DNA from: a virus
IMG/VR virus record: IMGVR_UViG_3300028131_000005
Span: 1-64,000 of that record
Strand: one strand, 5' to 3'
DNA: 64,000 nucleotides
Part shown: positions 18,701-26,705 of the stretch, in pieces
Layout: each line of letters starts with the position of its first letter
Position numbering within the stretch: position 1 is the first letter of the stretch
Notes under the pieces: model-generated
The model's input: only the letters and a program-made list of their open reading frames with translations
Database searches by the model: none
Told to the model about the DNA's origin: nothing
Position numbers and translations under genes: made by a program

Positions 18701-20435
18701 CCCTAGAAGAAAATATAAAACTTGGTGGGGCGCTACTAGATACGCACCAGATGGAAAAGTTGGTGAAGGTGTTAAGCAAGCATCCGGAATGGGAGGAGTA
18801 ATATCAGAACTTGGTAAAGGTTTAAAAGACTTTTCAACTCTTAAATTCCCGGAATATAAAGGTAAAAAGTTAGTAGGGTATACTTCTTTAACCAGTGGAG
18901 GTATGCAAAAGGTTACAGATAATATCGTTGACATGATCGTTTCTCTTATGGACGGTTTTGGTAGAATAGGTAAGAAATATCCTTTCAAAAGAGCGTCTGG
19001 TCTCCTAGGAGAAATGGGTATTAATAATACAGGTGATGTAGGTGCTGGTATTGCACAGGGTAAATATTTAGGTAGAGTACTGGGAAATCTTGCAAGAGGT
19101 ATTAGCTGGTTTGCCATATTGAAATTCCCTAGATATAAAGGTAAAAGAATTGTAGGTTATGACACAATGACAGGAGATGCTCCTAAGAAAGTGGCTAAGA
19201 ATATATTCCAGATGATTTATTATCCAATGGATGCATTTGGTAGAATAGGTAAGAAATATCCAATGGGTCCACCAAAAGGACTTTTTGGTTCACGGCTATC
19301 AGGACCAGCTGGTCAAGGTATATCATCAGCAAAATATTTAGGAAGAACTTTAGCAACAATAGCAATGGGATACGCATATATGGCTAAACTTAGATTTCCT
19401 GAATATGGTGACCCTTCACGTCCAGATAAAATAACAGGTTACAAAACTTTAGCAGGAGATAATTTAAAGAAATTAGGTAAAAACATATACATGATGATTT
19501 ATTACCCAATGGATGCATTTGGTAGAATAGGTAAGAAATATGGCGGAGATGACACAATGTTTGGCTTCAAAGTTGGACCTCCTAAAAGTGATGTTTCGAA
19601 AGGTATGAATCTTGCAAAAGGTTTACCAATGGCTTTAGCTTATGTATTTGCTGGAATAAAAGGAATAGTAAAGGACCCTTCTGTAGTTAAACTTGGTAGT
19701 ATTGCAGCACGTACTATGAAAGAGATGGCACATGCTCTTTTAGGTTTTGATAAAGTAGGTTCATTTAAAATAATGTTTTTAGGAAAAGCAGTACGCTTCT
19801 TTTTAAAATCTTGGCAAGATGGTGTCAAAGGTTTAGGAGCTCTTTTAAAATTCCAAAGATTAGGAAGAACTGCACATGCATTCCAAAGAATGGCAGACGC
19901 ATATACTCAAATAGGTGAAGTAGGGCCATTTGCCCACATGGGAATTAATAAAATGATAAAAATAGCACATGCTGCTAAATTAACAGAAACTGCAAAAAGT
20001 TTTAGATCGATCGCAATATCTTATGGTAAAATACAGGAGACTTCTCAAAGAATGAATTTAGAAGCCCTTGAAAAATCAACAGAAATGTTTAAAGCACTTG
20101 CATATCTTACTGAAAATGGAGGAGAAGATGCAATGGCTACGCTTGGTGATAGTTTAATTGAAGCAGTTAAAGAACTTGCATCTATGATAGCCAATTTTGA
20201 ACAAACTGTAGAAGATGCTAAAGAATCAAACCAAGAGTTAGGTACTCAAATTGAAAAATCAAGCACTGCTATGACAGAGATGCCAGCATGGATGGCTAAC
20301 CAACCAACACCTATTGGAGAACCAGAACCTCAACCAGCTCCGGCTGTAACACCTGCAGGAGGAAACATGCAAGAATTAATAGATATATTGACAAGTGGAG
20401 AAGCTATTATAAGAGTAAAAGAACCCATGGGTTAA
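15795..20435 (+). CDS. tape measure protein (1546 aa)
   Basis: Very long Ala/Gly/Leu-rich protein with a TM-like region and ~70-90 aa repeats; follows the tail chaperone-like genes; GATATATAA at 15768. Confidence 0.8.
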   Translation: MAKPFASPFEKLSGDNQKVIIEQLSPGGELFSLFEEILKQLQGTEERIEKDEAKTKVSLFAGLTMKEAIAWKLLGEKGLQAVGKGLGAIAEVIDGMQTGGKEAKEKMDAIATGIEAVMGIAPKILKFAILLTLALPFLMVAILVVPLVAVLMLGIMFVMSILNKLAENSKEAYKSMALLGDVGDAIFKFGGMLALSLLVYPFALLALVVVIPTLLLMLGALTLIGRLTDKEALEKLNGLKDLGISILLFGAAIALSGLVYTFALQAMPIVLGVILGFALVFFLLDKIGFVKSVNKSGEALQKVGIAILVLGAALFIFGLLFPPTKETFQTLGFTMLVLVGVAFAMWLVGKMYKKMKKGAIGLALTGLAIVVLAYAIKKFHKALPPNPWEFFAQLGVALVGLGVIMWGYGKKWKEIGYGALVLAGTGIALAVMGWGVKSMADALNSTGNPWMFMAELGVFLVGMGVMAAGWGAASVLIGLGAAAMGATGLALKAVSFGLKGFVPIFAGKEWKAMVGTHHQSKGILGMGAGPVSNFQTLMEAIGYGFAWNPINSAMILAGAVALGAVGLALSPIAKGIKAMMPVFKGNGWRDMISTKGNPKSGGFMGIGASAQTNIQLLINSLGEAFKFGFGSINIGAGAAAMIVVGNSLIKIGKGIADFMKHKIDKKVAKNISVMVESIAGAFGRIGKKYGGAGFFGLGAGALYDGIQSTMGMGEALTSIAKGMKAVSVLRFPTYGDPNDPGKITEYITVDKGAMNKISANVAMMVESLAGAFGRVGRMFPNKPKSGLWGFLGGTDNPVKTGIQSVSGMGSALGGIAEGMKSFSTLKFHKYDDPSKPEKITETIDLTKGDVLKKVTDNIVMMVVSLAGGFATIGRRYPKKKHKGFFGTTYTTTGPVGVGIEQSSGMGGVVAGIGAGLKDFSTLKFPVYEGTKIKEYIDLTKGNVLKKVTANIVDMILSLATGFGNVARRFPRRKYKTWWGATRYAPDGKVGEGVKQASGMGGVISELGKGLKDFSTLKFPEYKGKKLVGYTSLTSGGMQKVTDNIVDMIVSLMDGFGRIGKKYPFKRASGLLGEMGINNTGDVGAGIAQGKYLGRVLGNLARGISWFAILKFPRYKGKRIVGYDTMTGDAPKKVAKNIFQMIYYPMDAFGRIGKKYPMGPPKGLFGSRLSGPAGQGISSAKYLGRTLATIAMGYAYMAKLRFPEYGDPSRPDKITGYKTLAGDNLKKLGKNIYMMIYYPMDAFGRIGKKYGGDDTMFGFKVGPPKSDVSKGMNLAKGLPMALAYVFAGIKGIVKDPSVVKLGSIAARTMKEMAHALLGFDKVGSFKIMFLGKAVRFFLKSWQDGVKGLGALLKFQRLGRTAHAFQRMADAYTQIGEVGPFAHMGINKMIKIAHAAKLTETAKSFRSIAISYGKIQETSQRMNLEALEKSTEMFKALAYLTENGGEDAMATLGDSLIEAVKELASMIANFEQTVEDAKESNQELGTQIEKSSTAMTEMPAWMANQPTPIGEPEPQPAPAVTPAGGNMQELIDILTSGEAIIRVKEPMG

Positions 20436-20481
20436 ACTTTTTTAGAATTTCGCATATAACATATAAATAAAAATAAAAAAT

Positions 20482-20718
20482 ATGTCAAAATTATCCGAAA
20501 CAGTAAAGTACAAATCAAGTACGGTAAAATCATCTCATTATAATTTTAACGATTACACGTTAGAGGTTATGTTTAATACTGGTGCAGTATACGAATATAA
20601 AATGGTGCCTATCATAAATTATGAATTTTTTAGAGATGGTTTGTCAACTGGAAAGTCATTCAATGAATACATTAAAAATTTAGAAAACACTAAAATCTTT
20701 CAGGAAGAATGTCTTTAA
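20482..20718 (+). CDS. KTSC domain protein
   Basis: SSTVKS..Y.....LEVMFNTGAVYEY..VP...Y..F....STGKSFN.YIK. Confidence 0.85.
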   Translation: MSKLSETVKYKSSTVKSSHYNFNDYTLEVMFNTGAVYEYKMVPIINYEFFRDGLSTGKSFNEYIKNLENTKIFQEECL

Positions 20719-20909
20719 TCAGAGAAACTGCATTTTATAACGACAGCAATATTACAGGTTCAGCCTATAATGTATCTAATAAAAAACTATCGGTAATATT
20801 TAAAGATGGACATATAGATGAAGTTCAGTTAAGCGATAAACAAGAATACGATTTTTTCAAAAAACATGAAAATCAATCAAAGGCATTAGAATATATAAAG
20901 AAAAAATAG
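20709..20909 (+). CDS. degenerate KTSC domain protein
   Basis: SNITG.AYN....KLSVIFKDG...Y..F....S..K.L.YIK. Confidence 0.6.
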   Translation: MSLIRETAFYNDSNITGSAYNVSNKKLSVIFKDGHIDEVQLSDKQEYDFFKKHENQSKALEYIKKK

Positions 20910-20913
20910 TAAA

Positions 20914-21045
20914 ATGGCAAGATTAACTTCATCAAACGAAAAAGTACAAAAAACAAAAAGACCAGGAGTGCATTCTAAAAACAACACATCTAGGTCTAAA
21001 GAATCTAAAAACTATAAAAAGAAGTACAGAGGACAGGGCAAATAA
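20914..21045 (+). CDS. small basic protein (43 aa, ends KKKYRGQGK; not in ORF track)
   Basis: ATG 20914 to TAA 21043-45; MARLTSSNEKVQKTKRPGVHSKNNTSRSKESKNYKKKYRGQGK. Confidence 0.65.
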   Translation: MARLTSSNEKVQKTKRPGVHSKNNTSRSKESKNYKKKYRGQGK

Positions 21046-21173
21046 CCCGGTTACATGGACTTACCTACTAAAATGGCCACATTAACAGCAGTTCTTGCAT
21101 TTTTCGTAATAGGCTTTGCCTTAAACCACATTGACAAAAAGTGGCCAAATAAATAAAACTTTTTTAAAAAAAA

Positions 21174-21223
21174 GTCACTCCGAATTTTTTTATGTCGTTT
21201 ATTATTGTTATATTTATACTATA
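21174..21223 (+). promoter_or_regulatory. early-promoter-like element, copy 3
   Basis: GTCACTCCGAATTTTTTTATGTCGTTTATTATTGTTATATTTATACTATA. Confidence 0.8.
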
Positions 21224-21246
21224 ATTAATTAATCAAAACAATAACA

Positions 21247-21534
21247 ATGACAAATTTAGAAAACGTTAAAGATTTCATTAGAACAGCTAACCGAAAGGAG
21301 CTAAATGAAATTAGAACTATTTTTAACAGAGCAGTAACTCTTGTTCAGGAAGAAGAAAAAAGCCAATTCAAAATTGGAGATAAAGTTACAATTGTTCACG
21401 AAAGCAGAGACCCAGAAGAGGTTTTTGTAATTGAAAGAATCAATAGAAAAACTATCTCAGTAGTTGAATATTCAACAAACCCTTTTGCAACACAAAAATT
21501 CAAAGTATCACCTAACCTTTTAAAATCATTATAA
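21247..21534 (+). CDS. hypothetical protein (SH3/KOW-like C-terminus)
   Basis: FKIGDKV...IERINRKTISV...FKVSPNLL. Confidence 0.6.
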   Translation: MTNLENVKDFIRTANRKELNEIRTIFNRAVTLVQEEEKSQFKIGDKVTIVHESRDPEEVFVIERINRKTISVVEYSTNPFATQKFKVSPNLLKSL

Positions 21535-21535
21535 G

Positions 21536-21742
21536 ATGTCAAAGAAAAAATCATTTCCAATATTTACAATAATATTTCTAATATTTCTAACTTTAAAACT
21601 GGCTGAAATAGGACAGGTAGCTGCTTGGTCATGGTGGTGGATAACCGCACCCTTATGGCTACCTCTTACAGTAGGATTATTCGTAATAGGATTAACAATC
21701 ACAGTAGGCGTAATTATAGCCTACATAAATAGTAAATTATAA
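21536..21742 (+). CDS. small membrane protein (WSWWW..APLW family)
   Basis: IFLTLKL...WSWWWITAPLWLP, a recurrent phage 2-TM motif. Confidence 0.7.
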   Translation: MSKKKSFPIFTIIFLIFLTLKLAEIGQVAAWSWWWITAPLWLPLTVGLFVIGLTITVGVIIAYINSKL

Positions 21743-21762
21743 ACCCTTAAAAACCAAAAATT

Positions 21763-22224
21763 ATGCCATGTTCAGATGCAGGAGCCTACGATTATTTAGA
21801 TGACCACAGGACTCAAAGACAATTAGATGAAAACGAAGCTCTTCGAAAAGAAGTTTTAAGACTTGAAAAACGATTAGAAGAATCTAAAACTGAAAAAGAA
21901 TTAAAGCTTGAAGCAGAACTTCAAACTGCAAAAATAGCAGCTAAAGATTTTGCACAAAGATTAAATAAGACAACAGAGCTTTTATGTAATGCAACCTTTA
22001 TATTATTTGAAGAAGGATATTTACATGTAAAACCAAAACTTCAAGAATGGTTTAACAATCATACCGAAGAAGACGCAAGAAGAATGAAAACCGATTTAGA
22101 TAAAATAATGAAGCGTAAAAACGGTACTATTCAAAGTCTTATTAAATGGTACGAAACCCTAGATGCAAAAGAGCAATGGGTATTTGAAACTCATAAAAAT
22201 TTTAAAGGATATAAATTAAACTAA
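21763..22224 (+). CDS. hypothetical coiled-coil protein
   Basis: MPC N-terminus, LLC...WF..H...D motif. Confidence 0.65.
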   Translation: MPCSDAGAYDYLDDHRTQRQLDENEALRKEVLRLEKRLEESKTEKELKLEAELQTAKIAAKDFAQRLNKTTELLCNATFILFEEGYLHVKPKLQEWFNNHTEEDARRMKTDLDKIMKRKNGTIQSLIKWYETLDAKEQWVFETHKNFKGYKLN

Positions 22225-22225
22225 A

Positions 22226-22426
22226 ATGGAAATAACATTAAACAGAAAACACACAATAGACCAGATAGAATGGGTAACAACTGAATTCGAATGGCCAGAA
22301 GTAATGAGAAAGGAATGGGTTTCTTTTTTAAGAAGTAAAAATATCCAAAAATTAAAAGATTTAGAAAGTTTGCCCATGAAAGAATTAAACGAAATATATG
22401 GAGAAGCATATACATTATTAACATAA
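22226..22426 (+). CDS. hypothetical protein
   Basis: ORF in operon-like spacing. Confidence 0.55.
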   Translation: MEITLNRKHTIDQIEWVTTEFEWPEVMRKEWVSFLRSKNIQKLKDLESLPMKELNEIYGEAYTLLT

Positions 22427-22439
22427 AAATAAAATAAAA

Positions 22440-22634
22440 ATGAAAAACATTTTAAAATACAAATTATTCGCACTAGTACAAATGATCGCTTTATTCAGTC
22501 TTCCAGTAATTATATACGGCCAATGGATCGAACCTTACAGCCTTGAAAACAACATTTGGATAGGAATTAATGGAGCAGTATGGTTACACTTTTTAGACCG
22601 AGCACGAAATGGTCTACCATCGAAAAAATTTTAG
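22440..22634 (+). CDS. small membrane protein
   Basis: ORF track; hydrophobic. Confidence 0.5.
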   Translation: MKNILKYKLFALVQMIALFSLPVIIYGQWIEPYSLENNIWIGINGAVWLHFLDRARNGLPSKKF

Positions 22635-22636
22635 AA

Positions 22637-22975
22637 ATGAGAAAGATACTACAGAAAATAGCATGGAAAACAAATAATTGGACTACTAAAATAAGTTTAT
22701 TCAGTATTTATTTAGGTGGAGATAATCAAAAATTTGGATTTCAGATACTTAACATAGATAGAGGATTTATATGGTCAGGCTCTCTATTCGAAATCACATG
22801 GCATTTCCCAACAATTACACATGCTGGAGAACTAACAATCGATATTTTATTTTTATTTAAAAAATGGAATTATTGGTGTATTAATATGGACGAAAGAGTT
22901 CTATGGGGTTCAGGACTCAGTAGATGGGAGAGAATTAATAGGTATATTCATGATAAATTAAATCAACTAAGATAA
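22637..22975 (+). CDS. hypothetical Trp-rich protein (likely start MRKILQ at 22637)
   Basis: ORF 22580..22975; the internal ATG avoids overlap with the upstream gene. Confidence 0.5.
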   Translation: MRKILQKIAWKTNNWTTKISLFSIYLGGDNQKFGFQILNIDRGFIWSGSLFEITWHFPTITHAGELTIDILFLFKKWNYWCINMDERVLWGSGLSRWERINRYIHDKLNQLR

Positions 22976-22982
22976 AAAAAAG

Positions 22983-23041
22983 TGAAAATAAATCACTCCA
23001 GATTTTTTTATGTCGTTTATAATGATTATATTTATACTATA
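22983..23041 (+). promoter_or_regulatory. early-promoter-like element, copy 4
   Basis: TGAAAATAAATCACTCCAGATTTTTTTATGTCGTTTATAATGATTATATTTATACTATA. Confidence 0.8.
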
Positions 23042-23075
23042 ACAAATTAATAATAACCTTTAAAACCTTTAAAAT

Positions 23076-24386
23076 ATGCTAGATAGATTACAGCAATTCG
23101 TAGAGAGAAGTAACTCAACAAACTCAAACACTGATAAATTAAATGTCTTAAGAGACTATATATCAGACCAGGAGGTCCTTCAAGCCCTTAGGTATGTATA
23201 TTCTCCATTTAAACAGTATTATGTTACTTCAAAAAATCTTAAAAAGAGAAGTGATCTGGTTAGCCCCATAGGAAATCAATTCGGTACTATATTTACCCTA
23301 TTAGATACTTTAAATGATCGAGTTATTACTGGACATGATGCAATTGCAGCAGTAAACAGATTCATTCTCGAGAACAGACAATATGAAGACCTTATTTATA
23401 ACATCTTCGACCGGAATCTTAAGACCCGTTCTACAACTTCAATGATTAACAAAGTTGTACCAGGTTTGGTTCCAACATTCGATGTAGCATTAGCCGCAAC
23501 CTATGATGAGAAAACCAAAAAGAAAGTCAATCTTGATTCTGATGAATGGTACCTTTCTAGAAAATTGGACGGAGTCAGATGTTTAGCATTCTTCGATAAT
23601 TTCGGAACTGTTACTTTCAAAAGTAGAAGTGGCAAACCATTTGAAACACTTGGAAATGTAGCCAAAGAACTTGAAAAACTGAAACTCTACAACACCGTGA
23701 TGGATGGAGAGATTTGCATCGTTGATGAAAATGGTGATGAAGATTTTCAATCAATCATCAAAGAAATCAAAAGAAAAGACCACACCATCGAAAACCCATT
23801 ATTTCAAATTTTCGATATGATATCTTTAGAAGACTTTGAGAATAAGACTTCTAGGGAAAAATTAAGTGAGAGACTTGATAATCTTTGGCTCGTAATGGAA
23901 AGACTAGAAGACGCACTAATATACAACAGAGTACTTGAACAAGACCTCTTAACCAGTTGGGATATGTTTGAGTCTAAGATGGACCTTGCCGTTCAAAGCG
24001 GTTGGGAAGGTCTAATGCTACGAAAAGACGATAAGTACCAAGGAAAACGCAGTACTGATATCTTAAAGGTAAAGAAATTCTATGATGAAGAATATATCGT
24101 CGTAGACGTAGAGAACTCCCCCAATCGTGTAATTGTCGATGGACTTGAAGTGGAAGAGATGATGCTAAAGAACGTCATCATAGAACACAAAGGAAATAGA
24201 GTACAGGTTGGAAGTGGTTTCACAATCGATGAGAGAAGAAACTATTTTGAAAATCCTAATAAAATTTTAGGTAAGACCATAACTGTTCAGTACTTTGAAG
24301 AGACTACAAATCAAAATGGCACCCATTCATTGAGGTTCCCAGTGATTAAAGCAGTCTACCAAAACGGAAGAGTTGATTACGTATAA
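23076..24386 (+). CDS. ATP-dependent DNA ligase
   Basis: Motif I KLDGVR, III DGEI, IIIa FDMI, IV EGLMLR, V LKVK, OB domain VGSGF and SLRFP. Confidence 0.95.
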   Translation: MLDRLQQFVERSNSTNSNTDKLNVLRDYISDQEVLQALRYVYSPFKQYYVTSKNLKKRSDLVSPIGNQFGTIFTLLDTLNDRVITGHDAIAAVNRFILENRQYEDLIYNIFDRNLKTRSTTSMINKVVPGLVPTFDVALAATYDEKTKKKVNLDSDEWYLSRKLDGVRCLAFFDNFGTVTFKSRSGKPFETLGNVAKELEKLKLYNTVMDGEICIVDENGDEDFQSIIKEIKRKDHTIENPLFQIFDMISLEDFENKTSREKLSERLDNLWLVMERLEDALIYNRVLEQDLLTSWDMFESKMDLAVQSGWEGLMLRKDDKYQGKRSTDILKVKKFYDEEYIVVDVENSPNRVIVDGLEVEEMMLKNVIIEHKGNRVQVGSGFTIDERRNYFENPNKILGKTITVQYFEETTNQNGTHSLRFPVIKAVYQNGRVDYV

Positions 24387-24399
24387 ACCAAAAACAAAG

Positions 24400-24486
24400 A
24401 TGATTAGAATAATATTTATAATAGGAGTGGTAATTTTGGGAGTAACCTTTATTTACGCTTTAAAAGACTTTAACGATTCTCTATAA
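24400..24486 (+). CDS. 28-aa single-TM micropeptide, copy A
   Basis: MIRIIFIIGVVILGVTFIYALKDFNDSL; preceded by TATAAACCAAAAACAAAG. Confidence 0.55.
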   Translation: MIRIIFIIGVVILGVTFIYALKDFNDSL

Positions 24487-24502
24487 ACCAAAAACAAAGA
24501 AA

Positions 24503-24589
24503 ATGATGACAACAATATTTATAATATTAGTGGTATTAATGGGAATAGCCCTTATTGCCGGTATATATGACAACGATTCACTAAAATAA
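24503..24589 (+). CDS. 28-aa single-TM micropeptide, copy B
   Basis: MMTTIFIILVVLMGIALIAGIYDNDSLK; same leader; paralog of copy A. Confidence 0.55.
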   Translation: MMTTIFIILVVLMGIALIAGIYDNDSLK

Positions 24590-24599
24590 AACAAAGAAT

Positions 24600-25031
24600 A
24601 TGAGCAAAGAAATTATTATAGAAGCTTTAATTGCAGCATCAAAGTGGGGTGAATGGGCTTATGACTCAAAAGAAAGAGAAAGACAGGGTAAAACTAATCT
24701 ACAAGACTTTAAGAAATGGAGAAGAGAGATAATGGAAGATATTTACAATGACTATATAAACCATGCTGATACAGACAGTTTACTCAGCTTAATCACAAAG
24801 CAATACGGCCCAATACTACCTGATTTTGATATCAATAAACCTTTATTAATGGTTTATGTAGATCATGAAGAACCCTTTGTATATACAGGAACAGGACCAG
24901 AATTGTTAGAAATTTGTAAGGAGTTGTTTCCAGACAATTGGGAGGATTCACAAGGAAGTGACGAGTCGTTTATAGAATGGTTCACTAATGAGCTATCCCG
25001 CGGAATAACTTGTGCATTTTATGAATTATAA
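24600..25031 (+). CDS. hypothetical protein
   Basis: 143 aa ORF. Confidence 0.65.
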   Translation: MSKEIIIEALIAASKWGEWAYDSKERERQGKTNLQDFKKWRREIMEDIYNDYINHADTDSLLSLITKQYGPILPDFDINKPLLMVYVDHEEPFVYTGTGPELLEICKELFPDNWEDSQGSDESFIEWFTNELSRGITCAFYEL

Positions 25032-25069
25032 GACACTCAAAAAGTATTTAGATAAAAACCAAAACAAAG

Positions 25070-25222
25070 ATGAGTAAAGAAGAAAGATACACTGATAAAG
25101 AAATGTTACAAAGAACTAAAGTAAGTCAATTACCAGATCATTGGACTATACTAGATATAATTGAAGCATACGATGAACATGTGATTGGTCATTTACAAAC
25201 AATTAAAGAATCAAAATCATGA
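25070..25222 (+). CDS. small hypothetical protein (50 aa, not in ORF track)
   Basis: MSKEERYTDKEML...; same AAAACAAAGATG leader; ATGA overlap with the next gene. Confidence 0.5.
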   Translation: MSKEERYTDKEMLQRTKVSQLPDHWTILDIIEAYDEHVIGHLQTIKESKS

Positions 25223-25761
25223 TTTGCAGAAAATGTAGCGAAAGTATTCCACAAGGAAGGGCAGATTTAGGTTACTCTGTTTGTGTTGAATGTTCAGAAG
25301 TAGAAAAGTATGGCTGCGTCGATGTTGTACAGCACAAGACTGGAAATACAATCGAAGTACTTTCTAGAAAAGATGCAGAACAGGCAAACAAATTAACTCA
25401 AAGGACTGGGTTTGGAACTCTAAGAAGTTTAAGATCTGGAACTAGTTCTAAAAAAGAAAAGCTGACATCTGGAAAATGTTGTTCTACTGCTTTTGTCGGA
25501 AACGAAAAAAGTTTCGAAAAAGTCGGAAAGGATTGCATGTTGTGGGTAGAACTTGAAGATTGGGAAAAGGTAACCTATACTCTTCAAAGGGCCTTAGATA
25601 AAAGAGACATCTCAAAAGGACAATGGAATCAATTGACTAAGATATTTAAAGAGTTTATGCCGAAAAAAGAAAACAAAGTGCAAAAAACGACTATAAAACC
25701 TGTAGATGAAGAAATTAGCCATGCATTTAAAAATTGGCGCAATTCAAAAATTTATAAATAA
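25219..25761 (+). CDS. protein with N-terminal DksA/TraR-like C4 zinc finger
   Basis: CRKCSESIPQGR..LGYSVCVEC matches C-x2-C-x3-IP-x2-R...C-x2-C. Confidence 0.65.
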   Translation: MICRKCSESIPQGRADLGYSVCVECSEVEKYGCVDVVQHKTGNTIEVLSRKDAEQANKLTQRTGFGTLRSLRSGTSSKKEKLTSGKCCSTAFVGNEKSFEKVGKDCMLWVELEDWEKVTYTLQRALDKRDISKGQWNQLTKIFKEFMPKKENKVQKTTIKPVDEEISHAFKNWRNSKIYK

Positions 25762-25764
25762 AAG

Positions 25765-25823
25765 TGAAAATAAATGCCCTCAGATTTTTTTATGTCGTTT
25801 TTTATTCTTATATTTATACTATA
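25765..25823 (+). promoter_or_regulatory. early-promoter-like element, copy 5 (upstream of the NAD+ pathway genes)
   Basis: TGAAAATAAATGCCCTCAGATTTTTTTATGTCGTTTTTTATTCTTATATTTATACTATA. Confidence 0.8.
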
Positions 25824-25836
25824 ACAAATTAACAAT

Positions 25837-26694
25837 ATGATACAACTCAACTTATATCCAAATCAAAAAAAAGGAATCGACTACGAAATTTATAAATTTC
25901 CAGATGGTCAACAATCTATTAAAATAGAAGATTTTGCATTTCAGCATGATGTTTTAGAGGTAGAAATTGTAAGCCCTTTTACTTCATTCCTAGATTTAGA
26001 ATTAATAATCTGTGCTAACCAAGCCCTTAAAGAAATGGGAGTTCAAAAAGTCAGTTTATATACCCCATATTTCTTAGGTGGTAGAAGTGATAGAAAATTC
26101 GAAGAAGGAACTTCAAACTATTTAAAAACAGTAGTTTGTCCAATTATTAACAGTCAAAACTTTGATAGAGTTACTGTTTTAGACCCACATTCAGATGTAA
26201 TAGAAGCGTGTCTTAATAACTTCAAAGGAATCGATACTCTTGATTTTGCTGATCAGGTTTTAAAAGATGTAAAAGACCAATATTACCCAACATCGGAATA
26301 CCCAGTGGTACTTGTATCTCCAGATGCAGGAGCTCTCAAAAAAGTATTCAAAATTCAGAAAGCTACAAAGATTGAAAATCTTGTAATTGGCTCTAAAAAT
26401 AGAGATGTTAAAGGTCAAATAACACATACTTCTATTTCAGGACTGAAAGACATAAATATCTCAAACGCAACCTATGTTATCTTTGATGATATATGCGATG
26501 GAGGTAGAACCTTCCTTGAACTTGCTAAAGTTATAAAAAAAGAAAAAGAAAATGCTAGAATAGTTTTAGCAGTAACACATGGTCTCTTTACTAAAGGTCT
26601 TCCGATCGAACATGTCGACCATGTATACACCACAGACTCTATTGTTCGTGAATTTGAATCAAAGAGTCTTACTATTATAAATTGTAACAAATAA
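25837..26694 (+). CDS. ribose-phosphate pyrophosphokinase-like protein (probable ADPR-PP synthetase, NARP1 Adps-type)
   Basis: KFPDGQ, PYFLGGRSDR, LDPHS, VSPDAGA, DDICDGGRTF (PRPP-binding loop), VTHG. Confidence 0.88.
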   Translation: MIQLNLYPNQKKGIDYEIYKFPDGQQSIKIEDFAFQHDVLEVEIVSPFTSFLDLELIICANQALKEMGVQKVSLYTPYFLGGRSDRKFEEGTSNYLKTVVCPIINSQNFDRVTVLDPHSDVIEACLNNFKGIDTLDFADQVLKDVKDQYYPTSEYPVVLVSPDAGALKKVFKIQKATKIENLVIGSKNRDVKGQITHTSISGLKDINISNATYVIFDDICDGGRTFLELAKVIKKEKENARIVLAVTHGLFTKGLPIEHVDHVYTTDSIVREFESKSLTIINCNK

Positions 26695-26705
26695 ACCTAT
26701 ATAAT

